Assembly (NCBI GenBank): GCA_038245295.1
Contig: JBBRSP010000005.1
Location: 128,001-192,000, forward strand
Origin: Candidatus Binatia bacterium
Lineage (GTDB): Bacteria; Desulfobacterota; Binatia; HRBIN30
Length of the DNA stretch: 64,000 nt
Reading direction: 5' to 3'
The notes below the pieces were generated by a model. It was not told the DNA's origin, made no database searches, and was given only the letters and a program-made list of their open reading frames with translations. Each line of letters opens with the position of its first letter. The stretch's first letter is position 1. This document shows, one piece after another, positions 39,455 through 47,203 of this stretch. A program made the translations under genes and the position numbers.

Positions 39455-39520
39455 CGGCCCCCCTCAATACAATTGCGATGCCGCTACATGCCTGAACATC
39501 GTGTCTCTGTTCAAGCTGCA
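39451..39520 (-). promoter_or_regulatory. conserved leader copy 2 with TGAACA-N9-TGTTCA palindrome
   Basis: directly upstream of the 39454 ATG; homologous to 32220-32288. Confidence 0.55.
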
Positions 39521-39536
39521 AGGAACTCGTGGGGGC

Positions 39537-39573
39537 CAAGCCCGCTGGACATCCACCTGAGCCGGGCCGGCGA
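39537..39573 (+). repeat. 37-bp direct repeat, left copy
   Basis: CAAGCCCGCTGGACATCCACCTGAGCCGGGCCGGCGA; 36/37 identical to 40871-40907. Confidence 0.9.
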
Positions 39574-39676
39574 TCGCATCGAGTGGATGTCGACCATCGT
39601 CCCTGCTGGGATCGTTTGCGCTGCATGCATGTGTTGCAGCGATTGCCGCAAGCGGCGCTTCGCGTAGCTTCTCGGC

Positions 39677-40579
39677 ATGCCGACGGCGTTGCACGAGTCT
39701 CTGCTCTACCTCTTCCGTAACCGCCCGGCGCTTGCTCCTGAGCTGTTGCAGGAGGCGCTCGGTCTCGTGTTGCCCGAGCATACCGACGTGCGCATCGAGT
39801 CGGCTGATTTCTCCAATCTGCAAGCCGCCGAGTATCACGCCGATCTGGTCGTGCTGCTGAGTCACGGCAAGCCGGTGCACGGTATCGTTGTCGAGGTGCA
39901 ACGGCAGCCGAGTCCGGACAAGCAGTTCTCGTGGCCGCTGTACGTGGCCGGGATGCGCACGCGCTTTCGTTGCCCGGTGATGCTGTTCGTTGTGACAGCC
40001 GACGAGACGGTAGCGCGCTGGGCGGCTCGACCGATCGATCTGGGCGGCGGCAATTTGTTCGTGCCCATGGTGCTGGGGCCGGCAGCGGTTCCGGAGATTA
40101 CCGACCGGCAGCGGGCGGCGGCGGAGCCGGAGCTCGCAGTGCTGTCCGCCATGGCGCACGGCCGGGACAACGACGTCGAAAAGGTTACAGCAATCGCGAC
40201 CAATGCCATGATGGCCAGTCTGGCACTCGACGACGAGCGGGCAACGTTGTATTTCGATTTCATCCGAGCGTCGCTGAGCCAAGCGGCAAAGGAGGCATTG
40301 CAGGCGATGGACCCGAGCAAATACGAGTACCAGAGCGAATTCGCGCGACGCTACTTCGCCGAGGGCATTGCCGAGGGCGAGGCACGCGGCGAAGCGAGAG
40401 GCGAAGCCCGCGGCGAAGCGAAAGGACGTCTGACAATGGTTCTTCGTCAGCTGACGGTTCGCTTCGGCGCGTTGCCACCGCGGGCCGAAGAGCGTGTCCG
40501 TGCCGCGTCGATCGAAGAGCTCGACGCCATCGCCGAACGAGTCCTCAGCGCCGCCAGTCTCGACGAGGCCATCGGGTAA
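39677..40579 (+). CDS. Rpn-like PD-(D/E)xK nuclease-family protein with DUF4351-like C-terminus
   Basis: EYHADLVVLL..IVVEVQ, PELAVLSAMAHG, GEAR repeats and LRQLTVRFG..ASIEEL. Confidence 0.85.
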   Translation: MPTALHESLLYLFRNRPALAPELLQEALGLVLPEHTDVRIESADFSNLQAAEYHADLVVLLSHGKPVHGIVVEVQRQPSPDKQFSWPLYVAGMRTRFRCPVMLFVVTADETVARWAARPIDLGGGNLFVPMVLGPAAVPEITDRQRAAAEPELAVLSAMAHGRDNDVEKVTAIATNAMMASLALDDERATLYFDFIRASLSQAAKEALQAMDPSKYEYQSEFARRYFAEGIAEGEARGEARGEARGEAKGRLTMVLRQLTVRFGALPPRAEERVRAASIEELDAIAERVLSAASLDEAIG

Positions 40580-40778
40580 GCTCCTGGGGCCAACGGGCCA
40601 ATCGAGGACACAAGCGTCTGTGGGCAAGTCTGCACGCAGGCGCTTGAGACAAGTTTGCCGCTACTTGCGTGTGAGCCCAGGCACCGACTCACTTGGATAA
40701 CACTCGCTCGGCGCGCCGGTTGGTAGGATTGGGCGGGCCAGGATGTGGATGTCCCGCAACCCGAGCACAAACGGACCC

Positions 40779-40858
40779 AGGCAATAGGCACAAGGCAAGA
40801 GGCAAGGAGGAAGCCCCCTCTTGCCTACCGCCTGTTGCCTCTTGCCTGTCGCCTCTTG
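40779..40858. repeat. heptamer tandem inverted repeat (GGCAANA / TNTTGCC)
   Basis: four GGCA-led units followed by five or six complementary units; same family as 28400-28448. Confidence 0.8.
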
Positions 40859-40870
40859 TGTTCCAAAAGG

Positions 40871-40907
40871 CAAGACCGCTGGACATCCACCTGAGCCGGG
40901 CCGGCGA
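40871..40907 (+). repeat. 37-bp direct repeat, right copy
   Basis: CAAGACCGCTGGACATCCACCTGAGCCGGGCCGGCGA. Confidence 0.9.
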
Positions 40908-40929
40908 ACCCAGTTGGGTTTGGACTGGG

Positions 40930-41286
40930 CTACTTAAAGTCCTGAAGCCAGAGAACCTGGTTGCGGATGTCGGCCTCCGATTCTCGATCCAGGCAGCGCA
41001 AGGTGCGCCGAAGCAACTCGCGAAAGGGAACTTGATTACACACCAGGATACCGAAGTGGGTTTGACCCTTCGTGCGGTACTCGCGATCGAGGAGCACGAG
41101 GTCGCGGATATTGTGCGTAACGAACGCCCGTCGCTGTTTGGCAGCGAAGCCTAGCTGCTCAGAATCGCTGAGGCCGCTGCGCTTCAGCTCGCTGACGTGC
41201 CGGGCGTCGAAGCCCCGTTGCCGAAGAGTCTGCGCGAGTAACGGCCGAACATCCTCATCAAGCAGCAGGCGAATTGCCACGCTCAA
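40930..41286 (-). CDS. DUF5615 PIN-like toxin
   Basis: LLLDEDV, GLSDSEQL, FVTHNIRD and HFGIL motifs. Confidence 0.9.
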   Translation of the reverse strand: MSVAIRLLLDEDVRPLLAQTLRQRGFDARHVSELKRSGLSDSEQLGFAAKQRRAFVTHNIRDLVLLDREYRTKGQTHFGILVCNQVPFRELLRRTLRCLDRESEADIRNQVLWLQDFK

Positions 41287-41566
41287 CCCCCGACCGCGAA
41301 CGCACGCTGCTCTCGGTGTTGGTGGCTAGGTCCTGCTCAACCTCGGCCTGATGGTCATAATAGTACGACAGCGCATCATGAACTTGTGCCAGTGTCAGAT
41401 GACGGAATTCGGCCACCAGCTCTTCAGGGGCCATCCCCTGCCGCAAGACGTAGTTCACCACGGAGCGCACCGGAAATTTCGTTCCGGCAATTGCCGGGCT
41501 TCCCCCGCAGTATCCCTTTCGAGTCACGATGTGCGGGTGGCGCACTTTCAGCGCACTCTTCGTCAT
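41258..41566 (-). CDS. DUF433 antitoxin
   Basis: CGGSPAIAGTKFPV and LTLAQVHDALSYYYD; overlaps the toxin. Confidence 0.9.
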   Translation of the reverse strand: MTKSALKVRHPHIVTRKGYCGGSPAIAGTKFPVRSVVNYVLRQGMAPEELVAEFRHLTLAQVHDALSYYYDHQAEVEQDLATNTESSVRSRSGVERGNSPAA

Positions 41567-41694
41567 GAGCGTCCCTCCTGCTCTTCGGCCATCTCGTGAG
41601 CTGATCATACCTGCACATCCGGACATTTTCGAGGATGACAGGCGCGCGCGGAGCCGATTCAAAAGAGCCCGCTCGACGACGAACGGGCAATGCT

Positions 41695-42009
41695 TCAGGC
41701 AGCTTCGATATCGACCTTGCATCTGAGGCCGGCTGCATCCAAGCCGGCTTGGAGCGCAAGGCGGACAAACGTGGACTCCGGGTAGCCCAGCATCTGCGCC
41801 CAGGCGGCGGCGCGCTCCGGGCTCACCGTCTTACGACCCATCTCGACGTCGCACAGGTGCGAGCGGGAGATTCCGAGCTTCCCGACGCAGAAACTCAGGG
41901 AAAGCTCTTCGCACTTGCGCACCACCTCGATGGCGTCGCCAAGCGTTAGCGGCCCACCCGAGAGTCTCTCTAGAAGTTGGATCGCTTCGCTCTTTTTGCA
42001 GTTGGTTTT
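41695..42009 (-). pseudogene. XRE-family HTH antitoxin lacking its start codon
   Basis: KKSEAIQLLERLSGGPLTLG...KLGISRSHLCDVEMGRK; in-frame TAA at 42012-42010 with no ATG. Confidence 0.65.
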
Positions 42010-42175
42010 TTACAGCCTTACCTCAGCAGAGGTGCTTGCCGACTTCTTCGACGGAGACGAATTCAACTGCGCCACCCCGGATCTCATAGATGGCCCGGTA
42101 ACTTCGGCCGTTGGCCGGAGCCAACACGGGCTGGAAGCTTTTAAATCCCATGGCGCCTGTGCTTTATCGCCTTCG

Positions 42176-43201
42176 ATGAAAATCGATGCGCCGCTGCTCA
42201 CCGCGGATCTTAATCAGGTCGCCGCCGAGGCGCGCGATATCGAACGTCTCGGCTACGACGGCACCTTCACCTTTGAGGGTCAGCACGATCCATTCCTTCC
42301 ACTGCTGTTGGCCGCGGAGCACACTTCGACGCTAGAGCTGGCGACGGCGATTGCCATCGCTTTCCCGCGCAGCCCGATGCAGTTGGCCAACGTCGCCCAT
42401 GATCTCAACGTCATGTCCGGCGGGCGCTTCATTCTTGGCCTCGGTTCGCAGATCAAGCCGCACATCGAGAAGCGTTTCAGCGCCACATGGTCGAAGCCGG
42501 TGGCGCGGATGCGTGAGTTCATCTTGGCCCTGCAAGCGATCTGGCGCTGCTTCAACGAAGACGAGCCGCTCAACTTCCGCGGCGAATTTTACCAACACAC
42601 CCTCATGACACCGTTTTTCAATCCTGGAGCCAGCCCTTCGGGGCCACCACGCGTCTTCCTGGCCGGCGTCGGCCGACCAATGACCCGAGTTGCCGGCGAA
42701 GTGGCGGATGGGTTGTTCGTGCATCCACTCAACAGTCCGGAGTTCATCCGCACAACGACACTGCCGGCCCTCGACGAAGGTTTCGCGCGCGTACCCGGCC
42801 GCGGCCGCGACAGCTTCACCATCAACGCACAAGCCATCGTCATCACCGGCTACAACGACGAAGAGGTCGCCCAGGCGGAGATGAGCTCGAAGATGCAACT
42901 TGCCTTCTACGGCTCGACACCGCAGTACAAATGTGTGCTCGACGCCAGCAATCTGGGCGACCTGCAGCCCGAGCTGAATCGACTCTCCAAACAGGGCCGT
43001 TGGATGGAGATGGCAGCGTTGATCGACGATCAGGTGATCGACGCGTTCGCCGTGCGTTGCCCGCCGGGCGACGTCGCGCGGCAATTGCGGCAGCGCTACG
43101 AAGGCTTGGCGGATCGCGTCAGCATCATCTGCCACTCCCAACCGCACGTGCAGCATCCCGAAGAATGGAAGGAAGTGATCGCCGCATGCCATCTCTCGTA
43201 A
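42176..43201 (+). CDS. F420-dependent LLM-class oxidoreductase
   Basis: HDPFLPL, AIAFPRSP, LGLGSQIKPHI and AFYGSTPQY motifs. Confidence 0.92.
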   Translation: MKIDAPLLTADLNQVAAEARDIERLGYDGTFTFEGQHDPFLPLLLAAEHTSTLELATAIAIAFPRSPMQLANVAHDLNVMSGGRFILGLGSQIKPHIEKRFSATWSKPVARMREFILALQAIWRCFNEDEPLNFRGEFYQHTLMTPFFNPGASPSGPPRVFLAGVGRPMTRVAGEVADGLFVHPLNSPEFIRTTTLPALDEGFARVPGRGRDSFTINAQAIVITGYNDEEVAQAEMSSKMQLAFYGSTPQYKCVLDASNLGDLQPELNRLSKQGRWMEMAALIDDQVIDAFAVRCPPGDVARQLRQRYEGLADRVSIICHSQPHVQHPEEWKEVIAACHLS

Positions 43202-44262
43202 GCTCTCCCGAGGCTGTCACGCCCGAGTGGCTGACGCAGGTGTTGCAGAGCTCCGGAGCATTGCGTTCCGGGAAGATCTTCGGCTTCACGACACGCTCGG
43301 TCGGCACGGGGCAGGTCGGCGTCAGCGTGCGCTACACCCTCGAGTACAGCGGCGCCAACGACGACGCGCCGCGTTCGGTGGTTTGCAAGTTCGCCTCTAC
43401 CGATCCGACCAGTCGCTCGACCGGTGTCGCCATGCGCACCTACGAGGTCGAGGTGAATTTCTACAACCAGATCGCCTCGACTGTGGCGATTCGCACGCCG
43501 CGTTGCCATTTCGCCGCCATCGACTTGCCCCATGCGGATTCTGTTCTGGTGCTCGAAGACCTCGCCCCGGCAGCGCAGGGCGATCAGCTTGCCGGTTGCG
43601 ACGTCGACACAGCGGCGCTGGCGCTGACCGAGTTGGCCAAGCTGCACGCGCCGCGTTGGGGTGATTCGCGACTGGCAGAGTTGGAGTGGCTCAACCGCAA
43701 TACGCAGCCGGCGTTAGAAGGAGCCACCGGCCTGCTGCCCATGCTGTGGGCCGGCTTCGTCGAGCGCTATGCGACGCGGCTTACCAGCAGTCACGTGCAG
43801 ATCGGCGAGCACTTGATGCGCAACATCAAGTCGTTCCTATTCGATCGTCCGGGACCGCTCACTGTGCAGCACGGTGATTACCGCCTCGACAACATGCTGT
43901 TCGCGACAAGCGAAGGCGGCTACCCGCTGGCGGTGGTCGATTGGCAAACCGTCACACTCGGCGCGCCGCTCGCCGATGTCTCCTACTTTCTCGGCGCCGG
44001 GCTGCAGCCCGAGGCGCGGCGTACGAACGAGCGCCCGTTGCTCGAGCACTACCTCCGCGAGCTGCAAGCCCTCGGCATCCACGACCTCTCGTGGGATCGT
44101 CTATGGCAAGACTATCGACGTTATTCGTTCGGCGGCTTCCTGATGGCCGTGGGGGCGTCGATGATGGTTGTGCAGACCGCGCGCGGCGACGAGATGTTCA
44201 TGGCGATGGCACACCGGCATGCGACCCAGATCGAGGATCTTGAAGCGGTGACGTTGCTGTAG
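43186..44262 (+). CDS. APH/choline-kinase-like phosphotransferase
   Basis: VGTGQVG, EVNFY, HGDYRLDN, VDWQ and DVSYF motifs. Confidence 0.9.
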   Translation: MPSLVSSPEAVTPEWLTQVLQSSGALRSGKIFGFTTRSVGTGQVGVSVRYTLEYSGANDDAPRSVVCKFASTDPTSRSTGVAMRTYEVEVNFYNQIASTVAIRTPRCHFAAIDLPHADSVLVLEDLAPAAQGDQLAGCDVDTAALALTELAKLHAPRWGDSRLAELEWLNRNTQPALEGATGLLPMLWAGFVERYATRLTSSHVQIGEHLMRNIKSFLFDRPGPLTVQHGDYRLDNMLFATSEGGYPLAVVDWQTVTLGAPLADVSYFLGAGLQPEARRTNERPLLEHYLRELQALGIHDLSWDRLWQDYRRYSFGGFLMAVGASMMVVQTARGDEMFMAMAHRHATQIEDLEAVTLL

Positions 44263-44317
44263 GGACCTCCACGACTGCAGGGACTGCAACGACAGCAAGG
44301 ACGGACCTCGTGGTTGG

Positions 44318-45043
44318 TTAGATCTTGTTGGGGACTCCGAAGGAGCCGTGAAAGTGTTCGACCCAGGTGGCAATCAGGATTGGCGCGGCCGGTAGTCCCA
44401 GCTCGCGTAGCTCGTCGGCGATCGGGTGGTCACCCAGGGTCAGCTCGACACCCTCGCCGCCGGCGACGAGATGTGAGCCGCTCCCACCGGAGGAGAAGGG
44501 CAACACCGAGCCACCGTCGAGGTAGGTGTAACTATTCATTTCCATCTCCGGCGTTTCACCGCTCGCCGCCGGATCGCGTGGCAGGCTCAGTGTGAAGACG
44601 TGTTTGCCGCCCATCTCCAGTCGGCATTTCGCACCCGTGGGTGTGTACTCGATGTTGATGTCCTCGACCGTCTTCGGGAATCCCCAGATCGTGCAACCCG
44701 CTTCGCATGTGAAAGATTGATTCACCGGCAGCTTGTAGATGTAGACGCCGTCGCCCTGCGATGTGCCCTTGGGCCGCACCATGAAGACGATCATCACCTC
44801 GTCGTAGTCGCCCAGATCATTATCGCGATAGTCGACGAAGCCGAGGATCAGCTGGGTCTGCCCCGGCATCATTTCGACTACCTCGAAAGCGTCGCCAACG
44901 AAACGCTGCGCCAGCCCCGCGTCGACCAGGTAGATCACGCTCGCCGAAGCCGCATCGCGCACGAGGCAAGGCATGGTCACCGTGCGACCCTGGATGGCAT
45001 ACGACGCGACCTTCGCGGAAGAATCGATGGCAGACGACGACAT
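44318..45043 (-). CDS. acetoacetate decarboxylase family protein
   Basis: DYRDNDLGDYDEV, LPVNQSF and IWGFPK motifs. Confidence 0.85.
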   Translation of the reverse strand: MSSSAIDSSAKVASYAIQGRTVTMPCLVRDAASASVIYLVDAGLAQRFVGDAFEVVEMMPGQTQLILGFVDYRDNDLGDYDEVMIVFMVRPKGTSQGDGVYIYKLPVNQSFTCEAGCTIWGFPKTVEDINIEYTPTGAKCRLEMGGKHVFTLSLPRDPAASGETPEMEMNSYTYLDGGSVLPFSSGGSGSHLVAGGEGVELTLGDHPIADELRELGLPAAPILIATWVEHFHGSFGVPNKI

Positions 45044-45125
45044 GAAGACCCTCCTGTTCCGGGGCTTCGTTTCATCGTTTGACGCACGAGGCAAGTCGGG
45101 ATGTCATCGACGATTCCACCGCTGC

Positions 45126-45204
45126 CGGGCAAGGGCACGGGCAATGGCAACAGCAAGGGGTGGTCAAACACTTGCCCGTGCCCGTGGTGCCCTTGCCCTC
45201 GCCC
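45126..45204. repeat. hexamer tandem inverted repeat (GGGCAN / NTGCCC)
   Basis: GGGCAA GGGCAC GGGCAA TGGCAA ... TTGCCC GTGCCC ... TTGCCC TCGCCC. Confidence 0.7.
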
Positions 45205-45242
45205 TCCGATTAAGCTCATTTCCCCAAGCCATGCATCGCCTG

Positions 45243-46805
45243 ATGAAGCGCGCCCAGACGTTGGCCAATGTACGCAATCACGCGCGACCGTGGGACTTCG
45301 TGATCATTGGCGGCGGTGCGACGGGTGTTGGCGTCGCCGTCGACGCGGCATCGCGCGGTTACGACGTATTGCTCCTCGAGCAGAGCGACTTCGGCAAGGG
45401 CACGTCGAGCCGCAGCACCAAGCTGGTGCATGGTGGCGTGCGTTATCTCGAGCGCGGCGATGTGCCTCTGGTCATGGAGGCGCTGCGTGAGCGCGGCATC
45501 ATGCGGCAGAATGCGCCGCATCTGGTTTCCGATCTTGCCTTTGTCGTCCCGACGTACGCTTGGTGGGAAGGTCCGTTCTACGGCACCGGCCTGCGCGTCT
45601 ACAATATGCTGGCCGGCCGTTACGGCTTCGGAAAATCGAAAATTCTCTCCAAGGAAAAGACTCTCGAGTATCTGCCGACGATTCGCCGCGACGGACTGCG
45701 GCGCGGTGTCATGTACTACGACGGCCAGTTCGACGACGCCCGATTTCTGATGTCAATGGTGTTCACCGCGGCGGAGCAGGGCGCGGCGTTGCTCAACTAC
45801 GTACGGGTCAACGAGATCACCAAGAACGACGAAGACACGGTCAACGGCGTCATCGCGCAAGATGTCGAAACCGGTGAGACCTTCAACATCGGCGCACGCG
45901 TTGTCATCAACGCGGGAGGGCCGTTCGCTGATTCGGTACGCCGCCTCGGCAATGCCAGCAGCAAATCGATGTTGGCGGCAAGCCAAGGCATTCACCTGGT
46001 CTTCGACCGTTCGTTCCTACCCGGCGATACCGCGATCATGGTGCCGCATACCAGCGACGGGCGGGTGATGTTCGCCATTCCGTGGCACGGCCATACCTTA
46101 ATCGGCACGACCGATACTCCCATCGAAGACGCGACGCTCGACCCCGTGCCGCAAGAGAAGGAGATCGACTTCATCCTGCAGACGGCGGCGCTGTATCTTC
46201 ACAAGGCGCCGACCCGCGCCGACGTCTTGAGTATCTTCGCCGGCATTCGTCCGCTGGTGAGAAGCACCGACAGCAAGAACACCGCGGCGCTGTCGCGTGA
46301 CCACACCTTGCACGTCGACGACAACGGCTTGCTGACGATCACCGGCGGCAAGTGGACGACGTACCGTCATATGGCGGAGGACTGCGTCAACCACGCCGCC
46401 TTACTCGCCGGCCTGGGCGAGAAGGACTGCATCACCAAACAGCTCAACATCCACGGTTACCTGCAGCACGCCGAACGCCTCGGGCACATGTCGATCTATG
46501 GTTCCGACGCTGTTGCCGTCGAGCGCCTTGCGGAAGCCGACGCCTCCCTATCCCAACAACTGCACCCCGCCCTGCCCTACACGGCCGCTCAGGTCGTCTG
46601 GGCGGCGCGCCATGAATACGCCAGGACGATCGATGACGTTCTCTCGCGCCGTCTGCGCGCGACGTTCCTGAACGCACGCGCCGCCATTGAGATGGCGCCA
46701 CGCGTTGCGGAACTCGTCGCAACCGAGTTGGGTCGCGACGCGGTATGGGCCCAGGCACAGATCGAGCAATTCACGACACTGGCACGCGGCTACTTGCCGA
46801 GCTGA
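45243..46805 (+). CDS. glpD: FAD-dependent glycerol-3-phosphate dehydrogenase
   Basis: IIGGGATG, GTSSRSTKLVHGGVRYL and TGGKWTTYR motifs. Confidence 0.93.
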   Translation: MKRAQTLANVRNHARPWDFVIIGGGATGVGVAVDAASRGYDVLLLEQSDFGKGTSSRSTKLVHGGVRYLERGDVPLVMEALRERGIMRQNAPHLVSDLAFVVPTYAWWEGPFYGTGLRVYNMLAGRYGFGKSKILSKEKTLEYLPTIRRDGLRRGVMYYDGQFDDARFLMSMVFTAAEQGAALLNYVRVNEITKNDEDTVNGVIAQDVETGETFNIGARVVINAGGPFADSVRRLGNASSKSMLAASQGIHLVFDRSFLPGDTAIMVPHTSDGRVMFAIPWHGHTLIGTTDTPIEDATLDPVPQEKEIDFILQTAALYLHKAPTRADVLSIFAGIRPLVRSTDSKNTAALSRDHTLHVDDNGLLTITGGKWTTYRHMAEDCVNHAALLAGLGEKDCITKQLNIHGYLQHAERLGHMSIYGSDAVAVERLAEADASLSQQLHPALPYTAAQVVWAARHEYARTIDDVLSRRLRATFLNARAAIEMAPRVAELVATELGRDAVWAQAQIEQFTTLARGYLPS

Positions 46806-46816
46806 GAGCAGATCCT

Positions 46817-47203
46817 TTGGAGCCGCCGCCGCAAAGCCCCGGACTACTACGCTACGGATGGTGGCTGACCATCCCGTTCGGCGTCGCCGCCTTCATCACC
46901 CTGGGCGTTTGGTGGAATCAAGCTCCTGAAGACCCGTTACATTACGGTCCAACGTCATCTCAATGGAGCGATTACGTCGATGGCTGCGTCACCAACTGCC
47001 TCCCAAGAGGCACCGGCGAGCCTTCATGCAAGAAGTTTTGCGACTGCTGCGCCAAGGCCCTGTTCGCGAGCATGGAGAAGGCCGCCATCGACCACGCCTT
47101 CCAGTCATTCCAGGCAAACACGCCCGAAACCGCCGATTTTCAGCGACTGGTGACCGATATCGCCAAGACCTGCCAGGAAAGGGTTGGCGGCAAACCAGGC
47201 TAG
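46817..47203 (+). CDS. Cys-rich single-TM hypothetical protein
   Basis: TM WWLTIPFGVAAFITLGVWW; CVTNC..CKKFCDCC..C; TTG start inferred. Confidence 0.6.
   Translation: MEPPPQSPGLLRYGWWLTIPFGVAAFITLGVWWNQAPEDPLHYGPTSSQWSDYVDGCVTNCLPRGTGEPSCKKFCDCCAKALFASMEKAAIDHAFQSFQANTPETADFQRLVTDIAKTCQERVGGKPG

Noticed and set aside
27770..42170. Prophage or tRNA-integrated genomic island
   Set aside because: No integrase, phage structural genes, tRNA or flanking att duplication seen.
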